The position numbers and the translations under genes are program-made. The notes beneath the pieces are model-generated. The model had not been told where the DNA came from, ran no database searches, and was given only the letters and a program-made list of their open reading frames with translations. DNA of 64,000 nt, from NCBI GenBank assembly GCA_046735115.1, contig JBKPSR010000012.1:3317-67316 (forward strand), written 5' to 3'. Shown piece after piece: positions 55,215 to 63,066 of the stretch (the first letter of the stretch is position 1; each line of letters starts with the position of its first letter). This DNA is from Actinomycetota bacterium. Lineage in GTDB: Bacteria; Actinomycetota; Thermoleophilia; Solirubrobacterales; Thermoleophilaceae.

Positions 55215-55400
55215 TCCGAGGAACAATTCGGTCACCTGGACAGCACACGGGGTGCGTGATGGGGTGTCCAGATCGCGGGAGGGCGATGTTGAAGTTATGG
55301 GCAGGGGCGGTCGATACAACGTGCGAGCAAGCGGCTCGTCCCGATCCCACGGTTCCCCGTTGCAGAGCACAAAGCCCTCAAGTAGCGTTCATCCCGCAGC
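55215..55400 (+). promoter_or_regulatory. Structured 5' leader; candidate ydaO/c-di-AMP-type riboswitch (unverified)
   Basis: Ordered islands: ACGGGGUG (55247-54), GGGGUG (55261-66), GAGGGCGAU (55279-87), CCCGAUCCC (55340-48), CAG..GCCCUCAAGUAGCGUUC (55363-90). These resemble, from memory, the conserved blocks of the B. subtilis ydaO element. Gene context (cell-wall hydrolase) fits that class. Not validated by covariance search. Confidence 0.3.
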
Positions 55401-55411
55401 AGGTGGTGGAA

Positions 55412-55435
55412 CCTCGCGCGCGTCGGCGCGCGGGG
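55412..55435 (+). promoter_or_regulatory. Strong GC hairpin between the leader and the hydrolase SD (possible expression platform)
   Basis: CCTCGCGCGC-GTCG-GCGCGCGGGG forms a 10-bp stem (one G-U pair), 39 nt upstream of the ATG at 55474. Confidence 0.3.
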
Positions 55436-55473
55436 ATCTGCGGCGTCCCGAGGGAGGGCCAGGAAGAGCACGG

Positions 55474-57951
55474 ATGAAGAAGCGCGTTTTCACGCTCCTG
55501 CTTGCTGCCGGTCTTCTTGCGGCGGGCGCATTCACCGCGCTGACCTTCCCGGCTGTCGCTCAGACCCAGACGGTGTACGTGCGGCTCGCCAGCGGCGAGG
55601 TGGTCCCGGTGCAGGTCGACGTGCCGCCGGACACGAGTCTCAACGACATCCAGCTGCCCGGCACGCCCGTCCCCGCGCCCACCACACCCACCACCCCAAC
55701 GGCGCCGACCACGCCAACTGCGCCCGCGCCCGCCCCCACGACCCAGCCGGGAACGGGCGACACCGGTGGCACGGGTGGCACGGGTGGCACGAGCGGCCCG
55801 ACCTCCAGCGGCGGCTCGGCCCAGGAGCAGACGAGCTCCGGCCGGCGCGTCCAGGAGCGGACGGGCACGAGCGGCGACCTCACCGGCGACCCAAAGGCTC
55901 GAGCAAAGCATGAGGCTGACCGGGCCAAGCGCACGGGTCGGCGCACGCCGCTCCGTCAGCCCGACGGCCTGCCCACCCCGAGCAACCCGGGCTTCATGGA
56001 CGTCCTCCCCGGTCCCTCCACCGCCACCGGGGTCCCCAACTTCGTCATCCAGAAGTTCCGGGTGCCGCCGTTCCTCCTGTCGATCTACCAGGCCGCGGGC
56101 ATCGAGTACGGGATCCGCTGGGAGGTCCTCGCGGCCATCAACGAGATCGAGACCGATTACGGCCGCAACCTGAACGTGTCCTCGGCCGGCGCCCTTGGCT
56201 GGATGCAGTTCATGCCCTCCACCTGGAAGATGTACGGGACGGACGGGAACAAGGACGGCCGCAAGGATCCGTACAACCCGGTTGACGCGATCTTCGCCGC
56301 CGCCCGCTACCTGAAGGCGGCCGGCTACGAGCAGGATGTCCGCCGCGCGATCTTCGCCTACAACCATGCCGACTGGTACGTCGACTCCGTCCTCCTCCGT
56401 GCGCGCCTGATCGCGGGCGTGCCGGCCGACGTGATCGGCTCGCTCACCGGGCTCACCGAGGGCCGCTTCCCTGTCTACGCTCGCGCGCGTTATGCGGACG
56501 ACATCGCCGAGCAGGACCTGATGAAGCGCGTGAAGCGCGGTGAGAACGCAGCGAACGTCGTCGAGTCGGACGACTCGCGTCGCAGCATCGACATCTTCGC
56601 CAAGCAGGGCGCGCCGGTCGTCGCCGTGAACGACGGCGTCATCAAGAAGATCGGCCGCAACAAGAAGCTCGGCCGCCACGTCGTGCTCCAGGACGTCTAC
56701 GGGAACCGCTACACCTACGCGCACCTCGGCGAGATCGCGCGCGTGTACCCGGTGCCCAAGCGCGACGCGACGGACCCGAAGCGCAGCGCCACCGCCCTCG
56801 CCGCGAACTCGGCCGACCCCGCGCCCGACCAGCCCGCCTCCGCCGGGCGTCAGCTCGACTCGTCCGACACCGGCAAGGCGAAGGACCGCGGCGGCGACGT
56901 GCCGGCCCGCAAGGCCAAGGCTTCCGCGCCGATCAAGGAGCGCCTGTTCGCGCACCCGGACATGCCGGGCGCCCGCGAGTCCGGCGGACTCGAGCAGCAG
57001 CTCGACTCGGAGGCGCGCAGGAGCGGCAAGTACGAGACGTACAAGAACTACTTCTCTCGCCCGTTCGGCCTCGACCCCTCGAAGGTGCGACTCCGCCCGC
57101 TGAAGAAGGGCTCGCGGGTGATCGGCGGCACCATCCTCGGGCACATCGGCCGCACGGTGCCCGGCCTGGCGCCGCACGTTGACTTCGCGATCCGCCCCGC
57201 CGGCCGCGGCGCTCCGAACATCGACCCGAAGCCGATCCTCGACGGCTGGAAGCTGCTCGAGGCCACGGCGATCTACCGCGCCTCAGGCCGTAACGTGCTC
57301 TACGGCAAGGACGGCGCGGGCGCCATGTCGATCGGCCAGATCCTGCTGCTGCCGAAGCCGCTGCTCGAGAGGCGCGTCCTCTCCGACGAGCGCATCGACA
57401 TCTACGAGTGCGGCCGCGAGGACATCCGCTCCGGCCAGATCGACCGCCGCGTGCTCGCCACGCTCGAGTACCTCGCCGAGTCGGGGCTCAACCCCACGGT
57501 CACCGCGCTCAAGTGCGGCCACGGCTACTACACGAGCTCGGGCAACGTCTCCGAGCACTCCTCGGGCAACGCGGTCGACATCGCCGCCGTCAATGGCATC
57601 CCGATCCTCGGCCACCAGGATCCGGGAGGCATAGCCGAGCAGACGGTCCGCCGCCTCACACAGCTGCAGGGCACGATGGCGCCGCACCAGATCATCTCGC
57701 TGCTCGAGATGGGCGGAGCCACTCTCGCGATGGCCGACCACAACGACCACGTCCACGTGGGCTTCCAGCCGATGTTCGGGGCGAACAAGAAGCTCGGCAA
57801 GCAGGCCCTCGCGGTGCTCGAGCCCGGCCAGTGGTCCAACCTCATCTCCCGCCTAGGTGAGATCGAGAACCCGGTCGTTCCGACCGAGCCCTCCAAGTAC
57901 GCGCTGCCGGCGAAGAAGAAGCGCGCCAGCAGAGCCCACGTCGGCGAGTAG
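55474..57951 (+). CDS. Secreted three-domain peptidoglycan hydrolase: lytic transglycosylase + M23/LytM-like + LAS (VanY/M15-like) domain
   Basis: MKKRVFTLLLAAGLLAAGAFTALTFPAVAQ signal and a Pro/Thr then Gly/Thr linker. LT block ..WEVLAAINEIETDYGRN..GALGWMQFMPSTW... M23-like ..IDIFAKQGAPVVAVNDGVI..GRHVVLQD..YTYAHLG.. and ..GGTILGHIGRT..APHVDFAIRP... C-terminal ..SEHSSGNAVDI.. and ..DHNDHVHVGF.. (Hx6D, HxH). Confidence 0.8.
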   Translation: MKKRVFTLLLAAGLLAAGAFTALTFPAVAQTQTVYVRLASGEVVPVQVDVPPDTSLNDIQLPGTPVPAPTTPTTPTAPTTPTAPAPAPTTQPGTGDTGGTGGTGGTSGPTSSGGSAQEQTSSGRRVQERTGTSGDLTGDPKARAKHEADRAKRTGRRTPLRQPDGLPTPSNPGFMDVLPGPSTATGVPNFVIQKFRVPPFLLSIYQAAGIEYGIRWEVLAAINEIETDYGRNLNVSSAGALGWMQFMPSTWKMYGTDGNKDGRKDPYNPVDAIFAAARYLKAAGYEQDVRRAIFAYNHADWYVDSVLLRARLIAGVPADVIGSLTGLTEGRFPVYARARYADDIAEQDLMKRVKRGENAANVVESDDSRRSIDIFAKQGAPVVAVNDGVIKKIGRNKKLGRHVVLQDVYGNRYTYAHLGEIARVYPVPKRDATDPKRSATALAANSADPAPDQPASAGRQLDSSDTGKAKDRGGDVPARKAKASAPIKERLFAHPDMPGARESGGLEQQLDSEARRSGKYETYKNYFSRPFGLDPSKVRLRPLKKGSRVIGGTILGHIGRTVPGLAPHVDFAIRPAGRGAPNIDPKPILDGWKLLEATAIYRASGRNVLYGKDGAGAMSIGQILLLPKPLLERRVLSDERIDIYECGREDIRSGQIDRRVLATLEYLAESGLNPTVTALKCGHGYYTSSGNVSEHSSGNAVDIAAVNGIPILGHQDPGGIAEQTVRRLTQLQGTMAPHQIISLLEMGGATLAMADHNDHVHVGFQPMFGANKKLGKQALAVLEPGQWSNLISRLGEIENPVVPTEPSKYALPAKKKRASRAHVGE

Positions 57952-58798
57952 GGCCACGAGCACCGAAGGCCCGTTCGGCTTCGTCCAGCTCGAGTTCGGG
58001 TTCCTGCTCGGCCCGCCGGACGGCAGCTACCTTGTCCGTCCCTCGGCCGACGCGCTCGTCGAGAGCGTGCTCGTGCTGACGACCCTCGGCGCGCCGGAAC
58101 GGCGCTTCCTGTCCGGCCGCGGGCGGGCGAGAACCGTGGCGTCCGCCGAGCCGGAGCCGGTCCCGACGTCGCGTGCGACGGTCGTGCGCGCCACGCCCTT
58201 CCCTTCCGGCTCCGACGCCGCGGCATGGCTGTCCGGCACGGACCTCGATGAGGAGGTCGCCGCGGCGACGCTGGTGCTGAACCGCGGGCTCCACGCCCAC
58301 CGCGTTGCGACGGCGGACCCCTACGTCACCGAAGTGTCTCCGGATCGTGCGCTCGTGCTGCGAATCGGTTACGGAAGCGGTGCAGAGGTGGCCGAAGGGC
58401 GGTTCGCCGACTGCGTGGAGCTCCCGCGCTCGAGCCGGAGGCGTTCCCGGCGCTCGATGGAGGCGCCGGAGGAGCGCTTTGCGGCACTGCTCGGCGGCCG
58501 CGAGGAGGTGCTGCCGGCGGAGGAGCTGGTGCTTCGGGCGCGGGCGGACCTGAACGCCGGGCGGGTGGCCGAGGCGGCCCTGCAGGCGAGGGTGGCGATC
58601 GAGGCGCTCCTGGCGGCGGGACTGGCGTCGCCGGACTCGGGCCCAGCGGGGGGGTCGCTCGCGGGCCACCGCGATGCGATCGCGGCCGCCGCGAACGCGG
58701 CGCTGCGCGGAGAGCTGCCCGGCGACAGTGCGGCGGCGCTGGCGGAGGCCGTGGCGGCTATGGAGTCGGCACTGAAGAGGCGGCGCCTGGGGCGTTAG
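57857..58798 (+). CDS. Hypothetical protein (start unresolved)
   Basis: GC3 is about 90% from ~57960 to the stop at 58798. The only canonical in-frame starts are GTG 57857 (95-nt overlap with the hydrolase) and GTG 58067. No family recognised. Confidence 0.5.
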   Translation: MRSRTRSFRPSPPSTRCRRRRSAPAEPTSASRATSTEGPFGFVQLEFGFLLGPPDGSYLVRPSADALVESVLVLTTLGAPERRFLSGRGRARTVASAEPEPVPTSRATVVRATPFPSGSDAAAWLSGTDLDEEVAAATLVLNRGLHAHRVATADPYVTEVSPDRALVLRIGYGSGAEVAEGRFADCVELPRSSRRRSRRSMEAPEERFAALLGGREEVLPAEELVLRARADLNAGRVAEAALQARVAIEALLAAGLASPDSGPAGGSLAGHRDAIAAAANAALRGELPGDSAAALAEAVAAMESALKRRRLGR

Positions 58799-58884
58799 GC
58801 GAGTTATGTACCCGCCTCGGTACACGAAGCGCCTAACCCCGGCGTGGTCAGCCGTCACTGCCGTCGTTCGGCGGCGATCGGCGC

Positions 58885-59640
58885 CTAGAGCGCGGCGAGC
58901 ACTGCGGTCAATTCTGTTACGACGTCGCCGTCCAGCTTGACCTCGGCATCCCCGTCGTAGGGCGTCGGGCCCTGCGTGATCAGGACGAGACGGCCGCCCG
59001 CGCCGTGCGTCATCGCCGGCAGCCCGGCCACCGGGTAGACCTCGAGCGAGGAGCCCACGCAGACCATCAGGTCGGCGGCCAACGCGTGCGCCTGGGCCTC
59101 CGCCAGCGCTCGCTCCGGAAGCAGCTCGCCGAATAGCACGACGTCGGGCTTCAGCGGCGCGACGCATGCCTCGCACAACGGGGCGCCGTCGCGGGCCGCC
59201 AGCAGCTCCACCACGCGGGCGATGGGCACCCTCCCGCCGCACCGCATGCAGACGCTCTGGTCGATCGAGCCGTGCACCTCGATGAGTCGCTGCGTCCCGG
59301 CGAGGCGGTGCAGCCGGTCGATGTTCTGGGTGATCACGGCGCGCACGAGTCCCCGCCGCTCGAGCTCCGCCACGGCGCGGTGCGCCTCGTTCGGCTGTTT
59401 GTCGACCAGCGTCGCGAAGCGCTGCCCGTAGAAGCTCCAGAACCGGTCCGGATCGCGTCGCCAGGCGTCGATGTGCGCGACCTCCATGGGGTCGACGTTC
59501 TCCCACAGCCCCGTGCCGGGCGAGCGGAAGTCGGGGATGCCGGACGGCACCGAGATCCCGGCCCCGGTCAGGACGACGGCGCGGCGCGCCTGACGCAGCA
59601 GGTCGGCGACCTGCTGGGCCTCGGTCGAGACCGCTCTCAC
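58885..59640 (-). CDS. cobB: NAD-dependent protein deacylase (Sir2/CobB family)
   Basis: GTG at 59640 overlaps the upstream TGA. ..TGAGISVPSGIPDFRS.., ..ITQNIDRLH.., zinc Cys pairs ..CMRCGG.. / ..CEAC.., ..VGSSLEVYP... Confidence 0.88.
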   Translation of the reverse strand: MRAVSTEAQQVADLLRQARRAVVLTGAGISVPSGIPDFRSPGTGLWENVDPMEVAHIDAWRRDPDRFWSFYGQRFATLVDKQPNEAHRAVAELERRGLVRAVITQNIDRLHRLAGTQRLIEVHGSIDQSVCMRCGGRVPIARVVELLAARDGAPLCEACVAPLKPDVVLFGELLPERALAEAQAHALAADLMVCVGSSLEVYPVAGLPAMTHGAGGRLVLITQGPTPYDGDAEVKLDGDVVTELTAVLAAL

Positions 59641-60734
59641 TTGCCCTGGAACTTGGGCCGCCGCTTGGTAAGGAAGGCGGAGATGCCCTCCTTGGCGTCC
59701 TCGGACCGGAAGGCACGGGCGAACCCCTCGGCTTCGGTCCGGAGCCCCTCGTCCAGGTCGGGCCGTGCCGAGCGCCGCTTGATCCCCTCGATCGCAAGCG
59801 GCGCCTGCCCCGCGAGCTTGCGCGCCCAGGACAGAGCCGTGTCGAATAGCTCGTGGTCGGGGACCACCTGGTTCGCCAGCCCCACGCGGTGCGCCTCGTA
59901 GGCATCGATCGGGTCGCCGGTGAGGTTCATCTCGAGCGCCTTCGACTCGCCCACGAGCCGCGGCAGCCGTTGGGTTCCGCCGAAGCCCGGGATGATCCCG
60001 AGGTTGATCTCCGGCTGGCCGAACGTCGCCGACTCGGCGGCGATCCTGAAATCGCATGCCATCGCCAGCTCGCAGCCGCCGCCGAGGGCGATCGAGTTGA
60101 CCGCCGCGATGGTCGCCGTCGACGACTGCTCCATCCCGCGCATGAACCGGTGGGCGTCCTCGACCAGCTGAGCGCCCTCGGCTTCGGACGATTTGCCGAA
60201 CTCCTTGATGTCGGCGCCTGCGCTGAAGGTGAAGATGTTCGACGAGGCGATCACGAGCGCCCGGACCTTGCCGTCGATGGACTCCCATACGTCGATGAGA
60301 TCGCGCACGGCCTGCGGCGAGAGCGGATTCGCCGGCGGCCGATTCAGCCAGGCGATCGCTATGTCGCCGCGGGTTTCGAGCAGGACCGTCTCGGGCTGGT
60401 CGCCGGCGTCCGGCTGCGGATACGGGAAGAACCCCTGGCCGGTCTTCTTTCCGAGCCGGCCCTGCCCGACGAGGCGCTTGAGCACCGTGGGCGGCTCGAA
60501 GGCGTCGCCCCACTCGGCCTGAGCTCGTTCGAGCTGCGCCAGGATCGTGTCGAGGCCGGCCTCGTCGGCGCGGGTGAACGGGCCCGGGAGGACCCCGGCC
60601 CCCATCATCATCCCGACCTCGATGTCCTTGGCGGCGGCCACGCCCTCCTCGAGCACGAGACAGGACTCGACCAGGGTCTTCAGACCCATTCGGTCGACGA
60701 TCGTCTGAAGGCCCGACGCGCTAGCCGTGCTCAT
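59637..60734 (-). CDS. 3-hydroxyacyl-CoA dehydrogenase C-terminal repeat + enoyl-CoA hydratase (crotonase) domains
   Basis: N-terminal ~95 aa are 3HCDH_C-like (..DIEVGMMMGAGVLPGPFTRADEAGLD..). Then crotonase ..FTFSAGADIKEF.., ..ALGGGCELAMACD.., ..GIIPGFGGTQRL... Confidence 0.8.
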   Translation of the reverse strand: MSTASASGLQTIVDRMGLKTLVESCLVLEEGVAAAKDIEVGMMMGAGVLPGPFTRADEAGLDTILAQLERAQAEWGDAFEPPTVLKRLVGQGRLGKKTGQGFFPYPQPDAGDQPETVLLETRGDIAIAWLNRPPANPLSPQAVRDLIDVWESIDGKVRALVIASSNIFTFSAGADIKEFGKSSEAEGAQLVEDAHRFMRGMEQSSTATIAAVNSIALGGGCELAMACDFRIAAESATFGQPEINLGIIPGFGGTQRLPRLVGESKALEMNLTGDPIDAYEAHRVGLANQVVPDHELFDTALSWARKLAGQAPLAIEGIKRRSARPDLDEGLRTEAEGFARAFRSEDAKEGISAFLTKRRPKFQGK

Positions 60735-61593
60735 AGAACCCCTTCCCGGTCTTCTGGCCGAGGTTCCCCGCCTCCACCAGTTCCTTCATGCGCGAGGACA
60801 CGTAGAACCGCCCCCCGTATGACTCGCGGAGGTGGACGGCCACGCGGAGCACGGTGTCTAGACCCAGCAGATCGGTGAGGTAGTAGGGCCCCATCGGCAC
60901 GGTGCCCGACTCCTGAATCGCCTTGTCCACCTCCTTCACGTCGAGGTCCTCCTCCTCGGTGACCCGCCAGACCTCGGACATCGCCGCCGTGAGCACCCGG
61001 TTGACCACGAAGCCGGGCACCTCGCCGCAGCGCACGGCCGTCTTGCGGATCGCCTGGGCGAAGTTCGCCGCCGCCTGAAGCGTCTCGTCGGAGGTGTCGT
61101 CCCCCTCGATGACCTCGATCAGGCGCATCATCGAGGCCGGGTAGAAGAAGTGGAAGCCGACGACCTTGTCGGGACGCAGCGTGGCCTCCCCCATCTCCGT
61201 GATCGACAGCGACGAGGTGTTCGACGCGAGAATGGCGTGGCCGGGCGTGACCTCGTCCAGCTCGGCGAAGACCGACCGCTTGATCTCCATGCGCTCCGGC
61301 ACCGCCTCGATGACGAAGTCCACGTCCCCGAAGCCGTCGTAGTCGATGGTCCCGGCGATGCGCCCGAGGATCTCCTCGCGCTGCGAGTCGGCAACCTCCT
61401 GGGTGATCTTCTCCTTGCTGACGAGGCTGCCGAGCTGAGCGTCGGTCACCTGGCGAGCCTTCTCGAGCCCCGTGGCGACGAACTCCTGCTTCACGTCCTT
61501 GAGGACAACCGGAACGCCGGCCGAGGCAACAACCTGAGCGATCTCACCACCCATGGTGCCGGCCCCGACGACGGCGGCTTTGAAGACGAACAT
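60721..61593 (-). CDS. 3-hydroxyacyl-CoA dehydrogenase (Hbd-like)
   Basis: MFVFKAAVVGAGTMGGEIA.., ..LASNTSSLSI.., ends ..GQKTGKGFYEHG. Overlaps the next ORF by 14 nt in a different frame. Confidence 0.88.
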   Translation of the reverse strand: MFVFKAAVVGAGTMGGEIAQVVASAGVPVVLKDVKQEFVATGLEKARQVTDAQLGSLVSKEKITQEVADSQREEILGRIAGTIDYDGFGDVDFVIEAVPERMEIKRSVFAELDEVTPGHAILASNTSSLSITEMGEATLRPDKVVGFHFFYPASMMRLIEVIEGDDTSDETLQAAANFAQAIRKTAVRCGEVPGFVVNRVLTAAMSEVWRVTEEEDLDVKEVDKAIQESGTVPMGPYYLTDLLGLDTVLRVAVHLRESYGGRFYVSSRMKELVEAGNLGQKTGKGFYEHG

Positions 61594-61651
61594 GGCGGCG
61601 GAGGCTACCTAAGCGGCCCTGAGCCAAGCCTCCACCGGGGGCGATTTCTTG

Positions 61652-61676
61652 GACGATCCTGCTTAGGACCCCATAT
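61652..61676. repeat. Left arm of imperfect inverted repeat flanking the DUF559 gene
   Basis: GACGATCCTGCTTAGGACCCCATAT, compared with the reverse complement of 62587-62615 (GACGACAATCCTGCCTAGGGTCCCTATAC). About 21 matching positions. It overlaps the 12-bp palindrome CCCCATATGGGG at the start codon. Confidence 0.3.
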
Positions 61677-62592
61677 GGGGACCCCAGGCAGGACCGTCGA
61701 ATCGGAACTCGACCGAATCGCCAGCTCGGCGCACGGAGTTGTTACGCGATCGCAGTTGCTCGGCGCCGGTTTGACTCGGAAGCAGATCGCCCGACGCGTG
61801 AGGGCCGGCGGCCTCCTCCGCGTCCATCCCGGCGTCTATCGCGTGGGGCACAGGGCGCCGAGCACGCAGGCGACCTACCTGGCCGCCGTCTTAGCCGGCG
61901 GGCAAGGGGCGGTCCTGAGTGGCATGGCAGCCGCGCATCTGCACGGGCTGGTGAAGGGCGCGGCTCCTCCGCCCGAGGTGACGGCACGGACGGAACGACG
62001 CATTGCGGGAGTAAGAACGCATCGATCCCGTTTCCTCAATGCTCAAGTCGTCACACACCTGCGGGGCATTCCGGTCACAACGGTGCCGCGCACGCTGGTC
62101 GACATCGCCGCCGTCCTTTCGGCCGACGCCCTCGCGCGTGCCTGCCACGAGGCGGGGGTCCGCTACCGCACCACGCCGGCGCAGGTCGAAGCCGTCCTGG
62201 CGGAGCGGCCGCAGACCCCGGGCGCGCGGAAGCTGCGCCGAGTCATCCATGGCGATGTTCGCGTCACCCTCAGCACGCTCGAGTCGCGCTTCCTCGAGGT
62301 CCTGAGCGAGGACGGGCTTCGGCTGCCGATTACGAACCGGCCCGCCGGCCGCCGCCGGGTCGATTGCCGGTGGCCCGAGCACGGGCTGACCGTGGAGCTC
62401 GACGGTTACCGCTTCCACAACTCGCGCTACTCGTGGGAGCAGGACCGGCGGCGCGAGCGCGAAGCGCGGGCGCGGGGCGACGAGTTCCGCCGCTATAGCT
62501 ACGACGACGTTACGTCGGACCCAACTCCCATGCTCGCGGAGCTGCGTTCGTTACTCGGGCGGTTCGACGATCCTGGATATGTGCCCGTATAG
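61675..62592 (+). CDS. DUF559 (Vsr/restriction-endonuclease-like fold) protein with AbiEi-type N-terminal HTH-like domain
   Basis: MGTPGRTVESELDRIASSAHGVVTRSQLLGAGLTRKQIARRV..GLLRVHPGVYRV.. at the N-terminus. C-terminus ..VDCRWPEHGLTVELDGYRFH..DRRREREARARG.. is typical of actinobacterial DUF559 proteins. Confidence 0.75.
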   Translation: MGTPGRTVESELDRIASSAHGVVTRSQLLGAGLTRKQIARRVRAGGLLRVHPGVYRVGHRAPSTQATYLAAVLAGGQGAVLSGMAAAHLHGLVKGAAPPPEVTARTERRIAGVRTHRSRFLNAQVVTHLRGIPVTTVPRTLVDIAAVLSADALARACHEAGVRYRTTPAQVEAVLAERPQTPGARKLRRVIHGDVRVTLSTLESRFLEVLSEDGLRLPITNRPAGRRRVDCRWPEHGLTVELDGYRFHNSRYSWEQDRRREREARARGDEFRRYSYDDVTSDPTPMLAELRSLLGRFDDPGYVPV

Positions 62593-62615
62593 GGACCCTA
62601 GGCAGGATTGTCGTC
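62587..62615. repeat. Right arm of imperfect inverted repeat flanking the DUF559 gene
   Basis: See the left arm. Spans the DUF559 stop codon (62590-92) and abuts the SRPBCC gene stop. Confidence 0.3.
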
Positions 62616-63066
62616 AGGTGAGGCGGGCCTCTTCTTCTGCTTCCACGGAGAAGCGGTACAGGGTGCGGCGGAGGGCGTCCCGTAGTGCGCGGCGGATGAA
62701 GATGGCGTCGGCCAGGCCGCGCAGTGGGCCGTACTTCGCCAGCTTGTACTCGAGGCTCAGCTCCACCTCGCTGCCGTCGTGCGTCGGGATTGCCCGGAGC
62801 GTCTGCGTCCCCGCCAGGGCGGCCTCGTAGACCTGGGTCGAGAAGCGGTCGGGGCTGCTCTCCAGGACGGTTTCGGTGACGCGTCCGCGGCCGTCGGGCG
62901 TCGATTCCCATACGACCCGTCCGCCCGGCTCGGGCCACGCTTCCGTGAGCTCGAGGCGGCGCGCGTAGCCCTCCACGAAGCTCGGCCAGCGCTCGACGTC
63001 GGACCACAGCCGAAGGGCTTCGGATGGGGACAGCGGCAATGAGGAGCGCGCGCTGGCGCGCCTCAC
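62614..63066 (-). CDS. SRPBCC (START/polyketide-cyclase-like) family protein
   Basis: 150 aa. ..LWSDVERWPSFVEGY.. is typical of the SRPBCC N-terminal strand-helix. 4-nt overlap with the PadR stop. Confidence 0.7.
   Translation of the reverse strand: MRRASARSSLPLSPSEALRLWSDVERWPSFVEGYARRLELTEAWPEPGGRVVWESTPDGRGRVTETVLESSPDRFSTQVYEAALAGTQTLRAIPTHDGSEVELSLEYKLAKYGPLRGLADAIFIRRALRDALRRTLYRFSVEAEEEARLT

Noticed and set aside
55660-55800. Pro/Thr-coding and GGTGGCACG x3 tandem repeats
   Set aside because: They lie inside the hydrolase ORF and encode a PT-rich then GT-rich linker after the signal peptide, which is an ordinary low-complexity linker.
55378-59905. 599-aa and 687-aa minus-strand ORFs (55378..57177, 57842..59905) opposite the hydrolase and neighbouring genes
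   Set aside because: These are Arg/Gly/Ala/Pro-rich shadow ORFs without motifs. The plus-strand genes (and Sir2 on the minus strand in another frame) have a clear coding signature and recognisable domains.
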